From assembly GCA_010093815.1 (NCBI GenBank), contig ML996572.1: DNA of 64,000 nt. One strand, given 5' to 3'. The translations under genes were made by a program, and so were the position numbers. Under the pieces are notes generated by a model. That model was not told the origin of the DNA. It did not search any database and worked only from the letters and a program-made list of their open reading frames with translations. Position 1 is the stretch's first letter; each line of letters opens with the position of its first letter. The stretch is from Pseudovirgaria hyperparasitica. Taxonomy: Eukaryota. Positions 12,205 through 25,107 of this stretch are shown here, one piece after another.

Positions 12205-13105
12205 ATGAAAGCCAGTCTTATCTTCACCGTCGGCATTGCTGCCGTGGCCAATGCCCACGCCATCGCTCAAAGAGTCAAGGTCGCAGGCGTGGATAAAGGA
12301 CAGATGGTCGGAGTCAGGGCTCCTTCCGACAATAATCCAATCTTGAATGTGCAGGATGCGAATATGGCTTGTAATCAAAATAGACAGAACACTCCTGTTG
12401 ACGCCACTGTCATTGCTGTTGCGGCTGGACAGGAAATTAGTGTTTGGTGGCAGCACGTATGTTCACTGTGGGGTTAGCGACGAAGGGTTTGCGCTGATGA
12501 ACGTGTAGGTATTCGGCGGGCCCCAGTACAGCGGTGATGCAGACAATCCGATTGCGAAGTCTCATAAGGGGCCACTCATCTACTATCTGTAAGTCGAACC
12601 TACATGTTTTCCTTTCACCGTACTGACTTATAATCCCCAGTGCGAAAGTCGATAACGCCGCATACGCGTCTCCAACAGGGCTGCAATGGTTCAAAGTCGC
12701 GCAAGATGGCCTGGACACCAACGATGGGACCTGGGGCGTTGACCGTATGATTCAAAACAACGGCTGGCACTCCTTCACACTACCCTCCTGCGTCGCGCCA
12801 GGACAATATCTCTTGCGGACTGAGCTGATCGCACTGCATAGCGCGGGTACATCTGGCCAGGCGCAGTTTTATCTGAGCTGTGTGCAGATCAATGTTACGG
12901 GTAGTGGCAGTAAGACTGGTAGTACGATGAGCTTTCCGGGGGCCTATCAGGCTAGTGATCCGTAAGTGCAAGATGCGTGAGAATAGAGATAAGAGGCTAA
13001 CGAAATGGCAGTGGTATCCTCATTAGTATATATGATGCGCAGGGGAATCCTACGAATGGAAAGAAGCCGTATGCGGTGCCTGGCGGTAATGTGATGACTT
13101 GCTAG
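12205..13105 (+). CDS. AA9 lytic polysaccharide monooxygenase (secreted, no CBM)
   Basis: Signal peptide ending ANA followed by His1; [42 protein letters not shown]; exons 12205-12456, 12509-12588, 12641-12961, 13012-13105. Confidence 0.95.
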
Positions 13106-13856
13106 GCGGTGGGAACCATGTGAGTCGGCCGGATGTGATGATGTTCACTTGGTTATCCGGATAGATGGTAGTAGTAGGAGAGGTCGCTGCCTATATGCCA
13201 GCGGATGCCCGGTAGTGCAACGATACGAACCAGCGCGATGCACGTGGCTATTCGACACTAGGTATGGCTAGTCAATTTCGACCATGCAAAGTGATGCTCT
13301 AAGTACTACCGAAGAGTGACGTGTTATGCCTTTCCTGACGGTGAGAGATGGGTGATGGGTAAAGGGAGAGAGGTTTGGGTGGGCCGCCCAGAGCCGTGGG
13401 GTCTCTTTTAAGGAGTCGACCTGGGGAGCACAGGCATGGATCCCTACCGAAGCTCACTCTTCAATTGCACCTCAAGCAAAGCAGCTCTTTCTCTCCACAA
13501 CCTCCCATCATTCATTGCAAATTGCACATCTCCCTTTCGGGCCGTCGCTATATGTCGATCTATCCTTTGGTTCTGATATCCGCACTCGTCTTCGGAAAAG
13601 ACCTCGAGTCGCCGGCCAATACTTAGCTTTCGACCAACACGGCTGTTGGGCTACCATACGTCATCGGCGCTACGCTAAGCTCACACAGCTGGTGGGCTTG
13701 AGCTTCGATTACTCAAACACAGACGACCACCCTTCCTCGTCCTCTTCTTTGCCTGATCCCTTCCCTTTCTCACGTATAGGATCTCGCTTTCATATTGCCC
13801 CACACCTCCCTGGTACATCAACCTGCTCGACGTTCAATCATTGCAGACTACAAAGC

Positions 13857-16527
13857 ATGTCAAGGCCTGTGACGCCCTCGCATGAGTTTGGCTCTGTGCC
13901 TGCTCCCAATGCATCGCAATTTGGCCGTGGCTACGGCGGTGCTGGGGAATACAGCACTGGCACAGCTGATTTTGCTCCTACTGGACATGTCCCCGATTCC
14001 TCGCCGCTCGCACAGTCTTATCAGCACGGTGGTATGGCAAAGTTCAATGAAGAATTCGACGCCAGCCAGCGTGGCTCCTCGTTGATCGACGGTAACGGTC
14101 TACACCGCTCCGCATCCACTGCTTCAACAACGCTACACAGCACCGGTACACCATCCAGAAGCGGAACGCTGAAGAAGAGGGGCTCAGTCAAACGCAATGC
14201 AAGCCTGAAAAGGAGTGGCAGCAGGAAGAGTCTGCGCGCTGGGAGTATCAAGGGTGTCCCTTCCGGCGACGGTGCCGGGGAGGACACTCATAACAGCGTC
14301 TTTCACACTCCCATACCAACTTCGGGAACGCCGACAGACATTCTCGCAAATCGTTTTCAAGGTCTGTACAACCTCACCTTACAAAGGCTATTTGACCATC
14401 TGCTAATGACCGTCGCATAGCTTGGCGAAAACTCCTAAAGGACCTCATTACATACTTTCGAGAAGTCCAGACTTCTTACGAACAGCGCGCAAAATCTCTC
14501 CTCAAAGTCTCCAATGTTGTAAACAATATCGACAATCCTTCATTCCTCCTAACTGAAGGCGGTCTCAACGACGCAAACAGGATCCTTCGGGACTTTCATA
14601 AGCAGTCCATCACGGAAGCCAACAAAGCCAAAGAGATCGAAATAGAAGTCATTGGCCAGTTGAGTGGTCTACGTGCTGATCTTGGCTCCAAGATCAAGGA
14701 GATCAAGTCTCTTTCTGGCGACTTCAAGAACTCTGTGGAGAAAGAGAAAGACGCTTCTCGTAAAGCAGTGTCTGCTCTTGAGGAAGCTCTCTCTCTGGTT
14801 GATGAGAATCCTGATGCCGTAGCTGGCAAAGGAGATCCCTACGTCATTCGTCTGAGTGTTGATCGCCAAATTGAACGCCAGATCGACGAAGAGAACTACT
14901 TGCACCGGGCTTACCTCAATCTAGAGGGTTCTGGCAGAGAGCTGGAATCGATTGTCGTAGGAGAGATCCAGAAGGCTTACAATGCCTTGGCAAGCATCCT
15001 GAAGCGCGATGCTGACGAGGCTTACAATGTAGTTGAGCGTCTTCGAAACGGCCCGATCGCTATGGACAAAGCTTTTGAATGGGTACACTTTGTGGAGAAA
15101 GACCCTCACTTCGTCAACCCAAGACTACCTTTACGACGACTCGAGGACATCGAATACCCAGGCAAGAACCATCCTGCTGCGGCAGAGGTCAGAGCAGGCA
15201 TGTTGGAGCGTAAGAGCAAGTACTTAAAAAGCTACACCCCTGGATGGTAAGATTAGAACAACGATATTACTTCCTTTATTGACTTTCATATAGGTATGTA
15301 CTCTCTCCGACTCATCTACATGAGTTCAAGTCGGCGGACCGCATCTATACGCAGCCCCCTGTGATGTCTCTGTATCTCCCGGATCAGAAGCTTGGCCCAC
15401 ACTCTCAACCTGGATCGTCTTCCCATAAATTCATGCTCAAGGGTCGTCAAACTGGTTCCATGCATCGCGGACACTCCTGGGTGTTCCGAGCAGAGACTTA
15501 TGATACCATGTTGGCCTGGTTCGACGACATCAAAGCACTGACCGAAAAGAGTGGCGCAGAACGAAACGAATACGTACGCTGCCATGCCCGGAGCGTGAGT
15601 GGTGGTAGCGCTCGATCAATTGCAAGCGGGAGCGAGTTGGAGGAAGACGAAGCGGACGAAGTTCCATACTCGGCACAGGCATCAATGGCGAGCCAACAAA
15701 TGCATGCGCCGCAGCCGCAATCAAAGCGGCCTTCACCAGGTGGGCGTTTTCCAAGTGATCTCCAGGTCAACCGTCACTTACAAGCTCCACTTTCGCCTTC
15801 TAGTGGAAGCTCCGATATCGAACAAGATCTGACGGCCGCTGCGGGTGGATTGCAAGCCTCTGGACATGCCTATCCCCAGGAGCAACAACACTCCGAAGGT
15901 GGTCGTCCTGAGATAGTACACGAAACTCCGGCCGCCGCCGTTCCTCCACACAATGCTCAATCGTTCACTTTCCCTCCCCCCGAACCTGCTCCTGCCGTCG
16001 CCCGAGAAGCAGCCTCCGGTCTCCAGCCGATGCAAGCTCCCCCAAATGCCCAGCCTGTTCCTATTGCAAGGTCAATGGATCTGTCACAACCTCCTGATGC
16101 ACCTAGGGTCAATAGCTTGTACGGAGACTGGATGGCCCCAGCAGCTGGAGGCGCTGCCGCTGGAGTCCTTGGCAGCGAAGTGATCCGCCATCACAATCAT
16201 CAGAATGAACAGATTCCCGACGCTCTCGAAACACACCCTATCAAACCCACCGCCCCTACCCACACCGTCCAGCCCATTGTTCCTATTCCAGTTCCTTCAG
16301 CTTCTGCATCGAGCGGCCCTTTGGTCGATTCTGTTCTTACTTCGCCTACCAGTCTTCTTAGCGACTCGACTGGTCCTGTCGCGACCGCTGATGCTGTGGG
16401 TGATGTTTCTACCCCGACCACTAGCCCTACAACTCACCCTGGCATGACGAGACATGGTACTGACTTTAGTGTCAGTGATCTACACGTGCCAGGCGAGTAC
16501 CCCAAGCGTACCAGCGTGGTTCCATGA
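13857..16527 (+). CDS. SLM1: Slm1/Slm2-like BAR + PH domain protein
   Basis: PTDILANRFQAWRK, GMLERKSKYLKSYTPGWYVLSPTHLHEFKS, WVFRAETYDTMLAWFDDI; introns 14362-14420 and 15247-15293. Confidence 0.87.
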
Positions 16528-16823
16528 GTAAGATGTCTATCCCATCGCTTTGTGTCTTGCAATTACCCTTGAGTTTACTTTGCTCGTGTTTCCTTGTTCG
16601 TTTCGGAGGATATACCAGACTCTTCGTGCCCGTCTTATTGGACGCCTCACTTTTCAGTCTTGCTGTTTGGCGGTCGCGCAATTATGTGGGCGCAAGTGGG
16701 ACATCTCTTTCGGTCTTCTATGTTTTGCTTTTTGCTCCGTCTCTTATGTATCGTATGCATCAGCTGCCCCCTAATACTATATCCGTCTGTATAACAGGTA
16801 TGCCATGCGTGTTGTGTGCCGTT

Positions 16824-17812
16824 TCATCCTACCATATCCTCAAATAGCTTATCACGCTTCGCTCGTAGTCTGACCACTTGACTCTCGAGCGTCTTGATCT
16901 TCTGCTTGGCTGCGTCACGATCGGCTGGAAGCCCCTTAAAAGCTTCGAGTTGTGCCTCCAACGACACTACTTGCTCGGCAAGACTCTCAATCTCCTCTTC
17001 CGCGCGCACGATCCCCGCAATCCCCTCGCTCGACAGAACTTCAGATCCTCCAACCACGTCACTCTCCGCCAGCGCTGCCAGTCGCGCCGTATATTCCGCC
17101 AACTTCGATCGCAGATGCTTCGTCTGCCGCGTATACTCGGCCGTCTTCCCAGGCAAGTCGCGCGGCACATTGAACTCCGGCTCCGTCTTCACACTATCGA
17201 GCGTGTGCTGTGTCTCGGCGAGTTGACGCTCGAGATTGGCATGGAGGGTGTGGATGTAGGCGAGGCGCTGCTCGAGGTTCGATGAGGTGGTGGTCAGGTG
17301 GACGAGGGCATGTGCGAGGGACTCGGTGTCCGCCGTGTCGGTAGACAGCAGGACCGAGGCGCGCGAGAGCGTGGAAAGCGCGGATTGAGCCGGTGCAGGC
17401 AGCGCGTCTTTCAGCGCCGTTAGGACTAGCACTGTTGTGTCTGGCAGGTTATTCTAGAAAGGCACACACAGAGTAAGTAAGCAATCAATCAGCCAGTCAA
17501 TTGCCCCAGAACACACACCCCCTCCCTTGCATCCAGACCAAGGAGCTCTCTTACCTCGTCCTCTTCCAGCTCAATCAGCGCCTCGCGCTCCGCCCGGTTC
17601 ACGATCCCGGTTTCCTCCTCGGCCTTTTCATTTGCGGCGGCAAGCGCGAGGAGTGCTTTTAGGGTGTCGTCGTTGCGCTCAAAGGGCGGGATGGCGCGGT
17701 TTCGGTAGTGGGCTGCGAGCCAGGTTTCGATGAAGGCCCAGTCTTGGGCTTGGGCGCGGTGGAGCGCGGCTTTGGAGGGGGAGAAGAGGTCGGATGGGGA
17801 GAGGGTGTCCAT
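16824..17812 (-). CDS. Augmin/HAUS complex subunit 1-like coiled-coil protein
   Basis: N-terminal LFSPSKA...DWAFIETWL...IPPFERNDDTLKALLALA and C-terminal FKGLPAD motif; intron 17554-17454 joins ORFs in frame. Confidence 0.72.
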
Positions 17813-18285
17813 TGTTTTGTTCTTGTATACTATGTTGGAGGTTGGGGTGAGTGGTGATTTGATGTCAAGGTGTGGATTGAGGGTTTGTTTGGAATGTTGG
17901 ATGAGTTCAAGGTTGTTGTGGGAAATTTAGACAGGACAGGGTTTCGGAGGAGCTACCCCACCCACATAATGCTAGCGCGACAGGGATGGATGATGCTAAG
18001 GATGGATGGTGGGGCTTGACGTCGACTCTAGAATTACAACACTCCCTCAAGCAGACCTAACGTCATATCGACATCTCCTCTATGCCATTTAGCGACTTGC
18101 TGAGCTAGCTACTGAATACATATCGAAGAACCTCCCTCTCTGGCATTTAGGCTATCCTCACCAAGACGCCTCGTCTTTGGACCTCGCTTTTCCACTTGAC
18201 ACTCGTACTAGCTGCCACATTGTTCTTAAGAAGCTTTAGACAGTGGGCTACCAGCTCTGGTGCCACTGGACGCTCACTAGGAAGT

Positions 18286-19016
18286 ATGGCCTGGCGAAGT
18301 CATGGCGCAACAAACCAAGAACTGGTCGAGAACCTAGCCAAGAACGGATTGATCAAGAGCGCAAGCGTCAAGCAAGCGATGATCCGTGTATGTTATTCCG
18401 GCAGAGGATGAGTGCAAACAGACAGAATCTATGGCTGATCCGCGGTCAGGTTGATCGCGCCCACTATGCACCCTCAGAGCCCTACGACGACAGACCTCAG
18501 TCAATCGGCCACCGCGCCACGATATCCGCACCCCACATGCACGCCTCGGCCTGTGAATCACTACTCACATACCTCAAACCCGGCGCTAAAGTGCTAGATA
18601 TCGGATCCGGCTCCGGATACCTCACACACGTCCTCGCCGAGCTCATAAAACCAAATGGGGTTGTCATCGGTGTCGACCACATCCAAGCCCTCGTAGACAT
18701 GGCCAATCACAACATGGCCAAGAGTACAGAAGGGAGAGAGCTGCTTAGAAGTGGGAGTGTGCAGTTCGTCAAGGCAGATGGCAGGAAGGGATATCCCGAG
18801 GGGACACCATATGATGCGATCCATGTAGGCGCTGCGGCGGCAGAGCATCACCAGGCACTTGTGGATCAATTAAAGGCTCCCGGCCGGCTCTTTGTCCCTG
18901 TGGAAGAGGACTACGAGCAACATATTTACGTGATAGACAAGAAAGAGGACGGCAGTGTAGAGAGGAAGAAGTTGTATGGGGTGCGGTATGTGCCCCTGAC
19001 GGATGCGCCTTCGTGA
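18286..19016 (+). CDS. Protein-L-isoaspartate O-methyltransferase (PIMT/PCMT)
   Basis: [59 protein letters not shown]; intron 18388-18449. Confidence 0.95.
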
Positions 19017-19780
19017 ACCCGCTGTAAGACAACAATGATCTCTCCTGACATTGAGTTGATGGTCTCTACGTGCACGACGCCCGGTCATCACAGCGCTCCT
19101 CATTAAATTGGGTCACACACTGATAAGGTTTTCTCGTCTTATCGTCCAACTTGGTACGCAGCTCTGCGCCTAGTCCTACAGGACCTTCGACTGGATTCGG
19201 CCTTCATCAGAAGCTCACATGTCACGAGCTGAGCGATGTAGATCATATGCTGCAGAACGCCTATCTCGTTATACAACACGGCGATGTGTGGTCAATCATA
19301 GAAACGCTGGGCGATCTTCGACCACTTTACTTTTGATAGCCATTATATGGCGATACCTGACCATTGCCTCGTCCCAATCTGTTACCCGGTTGTACAGCTG
19401 AGTTAAGGCACTGGACCGGACTCAGACTGATATGTATGGGTATGAGATATGAATCAAAGCTAGTGCAAATCTGAGTGCTATACGAAAAGGGGGATGTGTA
19501 TAACACAACGAGATAGCTATGGTAAAGACTAGTTTTATAGCATAACTCACGATCATCACATTGCGATCGTGTTTACCAGGCTTTGAGTAGAGTTTCTATC
19601 ACGTATACTTGATACCTATACTTGAACGCAAATCTGCACATCCTTGCGCCATACACATACTCAGCCTCACTGTGGCGTAGTCATGATTGTGTGCAGTGAA
19701 GTAAACAAAAGCAATAATGTCACTCAAATACACTTACTCTAGTCCTACGCGTGAAATAACGAGAATAACACACTAATAGT

Positions 19781-19990
19781 AATAGTTCACTAGTAACAGT
19801 TCACTAGTGACAGTTCACTAGTAACAATTCACCAGCAACAATTCACCAGCACCAATTCACCAGCACCAATTCGCCAATAACAATTCACTAATAACAATTC
19901 ACCAATAATAATTCACTAACAATAATTCACTAGTAATGTTTTATAAATAACAATTCACTAGTAATAATTTGCTATTAACAATTCACTATT
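19781..19990. repeat. 15-copy 14-bp tandem array (consensus AACAATTCACYARY)
   Basis: Contiguous 14-nt units without spacers, e.g. AACAATTCACCAGC, AACAATTCACTAAT, AATAATTCACTAGT; most differences are C/T or G/A transitions. Confidence 0.92.
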
Positions 19991-21562
19991 AATAACAGAG
20001 TAGTACAATCATATTATATATTATAATATATGTCTACTTTATTTAGTTCTATAGATATTAGTCTATTAAACTATTATAAGAAGTATCTACTTTTAAGATC
20101 TAATAATTAAATAACTATTATACTAAATAATCTTATATAGAAGAATCGATAGTTATAGACTGATATATAGTAATAGAACGATATATAGTAATATAACTCT
20201 TTATCTTCGAGCTTAGAGATATTAGAAGTCTACTTACGCGTTGTTAAACTTTAATTATATTCTCTAGAGAGACTTAGAAGAGAAGATAGCTACATGTTAG
20301 ATAATGTCGACTAGAAGGACTTATTAAATATGTTCGAAATTATGATTATCTCGTACTGTAGTGTAGTATATCTATAGTATAACGTTAGTGTTCGTGTAGG
20401 TATATAAGCTGTCTAAATGTACTACGATTGTTCTATACGTACTAGAATCGAGATTTTTAGAAGGACGTATTAAAGAGAGTGTCATCAGATAGTATTAGGA
20501 CTCGAATACACGGGAAGGCGGTCTTTGGAGTAGATACTACTATTCTAGGGTATCATTGAGAGGGCGACGTTTATACGCGCCATGTGTCACTAATTAGATT
20601 CGGCAACGCGCCGATCGGAAAGTTCGTTTATAACTATCTCGGACATAGGCTTAAGAGGTACCTATTGCTCAGTCGGCATTCTAGACTTGTGATGTATATG
20701 ATAGATAGGAGCCAGACGAAGATATAAGACCTGGAAATTACAACCCGGATCAGAAAACAACGGTGCCAGGAAGGGACGCTCGATATCTCGACGTGCTTAA
20801 GCGGCTAAAAGAATTCTACTAAAACATGTACTAGAGAGGACGTCTTATCCTAAGACTAGTGACTATTCGCTTCTATAAAAGTAACTACTATCTATGTCTT
20901 CGAGCAGACAACGGGCCCGAGCATATACCAGCAAGTCTCACTCCCCTCTCCGTCCTCGATGGCGATGAAGTGTCTGTCTAAGATGATTAGATAGATACGA
21001 TACTACCACTGACTCGCTCTCTATCCTCTACAAGCCCCTTTTAGAGAGTACACGAGACCGGGGGCGGTAACAGAGCCTGAAGTTTTGGGTAGGCAATTCC
21101 GACGCGGAAGTTCTGGACATCTCGGACTAGACCAGAAACTTTGCGATAATGTCGAATAGAAATGTACAGGGTGAAGTCTTAAGCGTTGTAACCATCGCCT
21201 TATATAAGGGTTACTTAGGGAAGGTCAACTCGACAGCTTCGTTGATATCAACTTCGATGCCAGACAAGGACTTTGTGCACAACAATGCTATTCCCACAAG
21301 TGCATTTTTGAGGAAGAGGAAAGCGAGCTTTGAATGTGATCTCGAGGGAAGTTCGACACTACAGGAGATTGCACGTGTTATCCATGTGAGCCAGCGTAGA
21401 TATATGTTATAGGTTCCTCCAACTGAGCCGGAAAGTATACGAAACAAGCGTCTACTGGAGATCATTTCAAACGAGTCTGTCCAGAAGGGACATTCAGAGG
21501 TCATATGTCGAACGGGCGAGCGATTGAACAGTCTACGATTCACAAGCGGTTTTGAACAATGA
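19991..21562 (+). pseudogene. AT/TpA-rich RIP-like block grading into a decayed, probably spliced ORF of unknown family
   Basis: Strong TpA excess at 19880-20400; frames 20400-20970 and 21071-21562 are interrupted only by TAG/TAA codons (revertible to CAG/CAA/TGG). Confidence 0.5.
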
Positions 21563-21734
21563 GTGATAGAAATCGTCTATACTAGGGTACGATATCTCTT
21601 GCTATATTATTTGAGCCCGAATCCGGCCTTACCAAAGGCTCGATCAATATTCGGACTGTGTATGCCGTGGTCCTGTATTATGGTACCACGGTCGAACAGT
21701 TTTTGCTTCATTCGCCGTAACATAAGTCCCCTCC

Positions 21735-22649
21735 TTACATGCACGCAGCTCCGTCGATACCAATCACCTTGCCGTTAACCCACTCACCATCTTGGGAGGC
21801 GAGGAAGGCAACAACGCGGGCAACATCTGAGGGTTGACCGACACGCATGTGCGGTGACCAAGTCTTCGCGTACTCGTCGACCTCATCATTGTTCATCCCC
21901 TCGCCATTAGGAATATATTCTTTGCACACAGCGTGGTACATGTCAGTCTTGATACCGCCGGGTGCGATGCAGTTGACAGTGATCTTCTTGTCGCCAGCAT
22001 CTAGAGACTGTCAATGAGCGTTCAGTGTAGAGCTGCCAGAGGACTTACCGATTGCCATGCATCGCACAAATGTCTCGATGGCACCCTTGCTCCCTGAGTA
22101 AAGCGTATGCTTTGGCACGCCCTTCGCTTGCGCCGTAATGGAACCCATGAGGATAATTCTACCGCCGATTTCCATGTTCTTGTACGCCTCTCGTGCAACA
22201 AAGAACTGTCCACGTGTGTTGATCGACATAACGCGGTCGTACTCTTCCTCGGTCACATCCTTCAGATGGCCGAAGCTCACGACGCCCGAGTTCGAGCACA
22301 CAATGTTGATCTTGCCAAAGTGAGCCTTGGCCTGCTCGAACAGCGAGACGGTCTCTGAGACGTTGGCAACGTTGGCTTTGATGGCGATGGACTGACGGCC
22401 CATGGCCTTGATCTCGTTGACGACCTTTTGAGCGCCTTCGAGTGTGTTGGCGTAGTTGACGACGATATCGGCGCCACGACGGGCCAGTTCGAGGGCCATT
22501 TCCTTGCCGATACCACGGCCAGAGCCTGTCACGACGGCAACTTTGCCCTCAAGACTCCATGGGGGGATGGTGTGTGATGCAGCTCCGTTTCCATTCTGGG
22601 CACCGTTGCCGTTGGCCGAAGCATTGATTGGAGTAGTGTCGACAGCCAT
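21735..22649 (-). CDS. BRN1: Hydroxynaphthalene (1,3,8-THN) reductase, SDR family, DHN-melanin pathway (BRN1/THR1/BRM2-type)
   Basis: [38 protein letters not shown] (YxxxK), [21 protein letters not shown]; intron 22048-22001. Confidence 0.93.
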
Positions 22650-25107
22650 GGCGATAGAATTCGGATTTGTATAGAGGAAGTGTGGATGTGGATGCTGTGG
22701 TAGGTAATGTATGATAGTGGTAGATTGGTAGACAGTGCTTAGACGGATGAGCTTCTTAGGGCCCTTTCACGCTACATATAGTCGAAGTGAAAGCCTTCGG
22801 TGTCCAAGCAACTGAGTCTCGCGTCGCGAAGAGAGCGAGGCAAGTATGACAATTTCCGCAAAACATCCCCATTTTTCGGCCAGCATCATATGCACCTGCG
22901 GGGAGTTCGGACTTGAGTGGGGTCCCGAAGGTGTCTCAAATGTTCTGCAACTCCCACACGGCTTGGACTCAACAGCAGCTAGACCACCACTTTCACATTG
23001 TGGCGTGTACGCTGATAAGATAATGCGCTTCCACGCGATGTGAAGATGTCGAGAGCTAGAACTTGACTCGGGAAGTGAAGGTTTGACCTTGAAGATTGAT
23101 GACCAGAGTTGCAATTCTGCATTGGGCCTAGCGCCGGACATCTGATCTTGGCGGAGGACATTCCCCCTGACTGACATTCACTAGCATCTTCGAGAAGTAA
23201 ACAAACATGGATACTTCCGAATCAACGATGTCCCGATCCAATCGAACAGAGCACATCTGAAAAGTCATAGATATGGCTCTGACTACAGGTCCGCATACGA
23301 TCACAAATCACCACGGCGCTTTAAAGCTTAGGCACGCCTAGGTGGTGGACTTAGGGGGTAGAGAAAGAACGCTATGCGTAAGGCTTGGCTACTGAGAAGG
23401 TATTTGTTATCTAGTCATTCTAGTGTCTTGATAAAGTGATGGGTTTCCGATGACCTTGGCAAGACATCCAAACAGTTCGGAGCGGCCCAAGCTCTTCGGA
23501 TGGACCTTCGAACGGCTAAAGGGACTTCGGCTCACCATTCGGAAGCACTAATACCAGAAATATTCCGCTAGATGCTCACACATCTATGGCTGCTGTGCTT
23601 TGATCTGTTCTCGGACGCGTGTGAAGGCTTGAAGTTAGTTACCTTGTAGGCAAGCAGAGACAGACACAGTAAAGATCAAAATTCCATATCGTACTAAAGA
23701 TATCATAACCACGAGTCCAACCGTCATAAATTCCAACATGTTCCCATGTGAGCATTTGTCTCTACGATATTTAGTTCTATCACGTCGATGACGTTATAGC
23801 CGAGAGGTTCAAGCATTTGTGTATGTATGACTCGTTGGCCCACAGTTTATCTGCATAAGCATTGGGATTCCCGAACTTCGATAATAGCTTCAATCATTAC
23901 CTGTGGGAATCCTTTGGTCCGGGCCGAAGGCGGTTCCCGACATTCATATGAGACTACTTTTCTTTAGCCGCAGGCGAGACCGTGATTACTCAATGGAGGG
24001 AAACACAAGTTCTGTAAGTATCTACAGAAGAAAGCGAAGGAAATATAGTTTCATAGACAAAGAGGCCTTCTGGCTTTCGCGATAGGTCTGCGTCCTTTGA
24101 TTGGGCAGTGTAGAGTATTCATGGACGCTTAAGCGGTATTGAACTAGTAGTAAGAATTGCCTCATACTAACTATGGACTATTACACGGCATTTTCCGAGG
24201 AACGGCACCATGTTTGGGGTCCCGTGATAAGTCCGGACCGACGCTGAGTATACATCTATGCCTCTTCAGCTTCATCATCTCTGTCACCCTCGTCTACTTT
24301 GGGTCTCACTCAGGCTGTCGCATCGTCAAAGTCATTCTTCAGCCTACAATGCCCAACAGGGCCGATTTCTACACGACAACCCGGTCACTATACTCCTTGT
24401 AGGAAACCACACTCGTCACAATGTCAAGTACGTATCTGCTGTGACGATCTCTCTGTCACACTGCGCACATCGACAGCTGTACCAGGAGACCCACTATTAC
24501 TTCATCATCCTTTAGGAAATCGATTGCTGTCATGGTGTAAGCTCGCTGGAAGCCTGTGGATCACATATCACCTCCAGGTTCCTCATATGATGAGAAAAGA
24601 ATACAAAGGTCTGCATGCAACCCAATAATCGATTTTTTGGCGTATTGAAACGACCAGCCCTATTTTGAGCACATTCGACGATAAGTAAATTCCAAAAACC
24701 GGACATGACGATATGCATATCTTGCTCAGGTTCTCCTATCAGGGAGTCCAGGACATCAAAATGACGAGCCGCTATTCATGATACGGCTGATCTTACACGA
24801 GCTTCAGTCATCGGTGCAGAAGATCTCATCTTTATTAGTCCGTCAATATGGAACGGATCGGCAAAGGAAAAGAAAGAACGAAAAAGCAAAGAGTTTGCTC
24901 TTCATAATTCCATGAGCCAAGCAGGATGGGAGCAGCCTCTCACTATCCAACGAAACTGCTGAAATCAAAACACGTATACGACCATATCCACAAGACACAA
25001 AAGCCGGTCGCATTTGTAACGATGGCTAAACAACAATATACCTCCTAGATTTCGTAAGGTCGTTCCGAACATGACGTTGGTGCTAATTATATCATAGTAC
25101 GATATCG

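Noticed and set aside
13515..13856. TTG-initiated upstream extension of the SLM1-like ORF
   Set aside because: Sequence is pyrimidine-rich, leader-like, with an acceptor-like TTGCAG just before ATG 13857; more likely 5' UTR/intron.
19781..19990. CRISPR-like array
   Set aside because: Units are contiguous 14-mers with no unique spacers, no cas genes, eukaryotic context.
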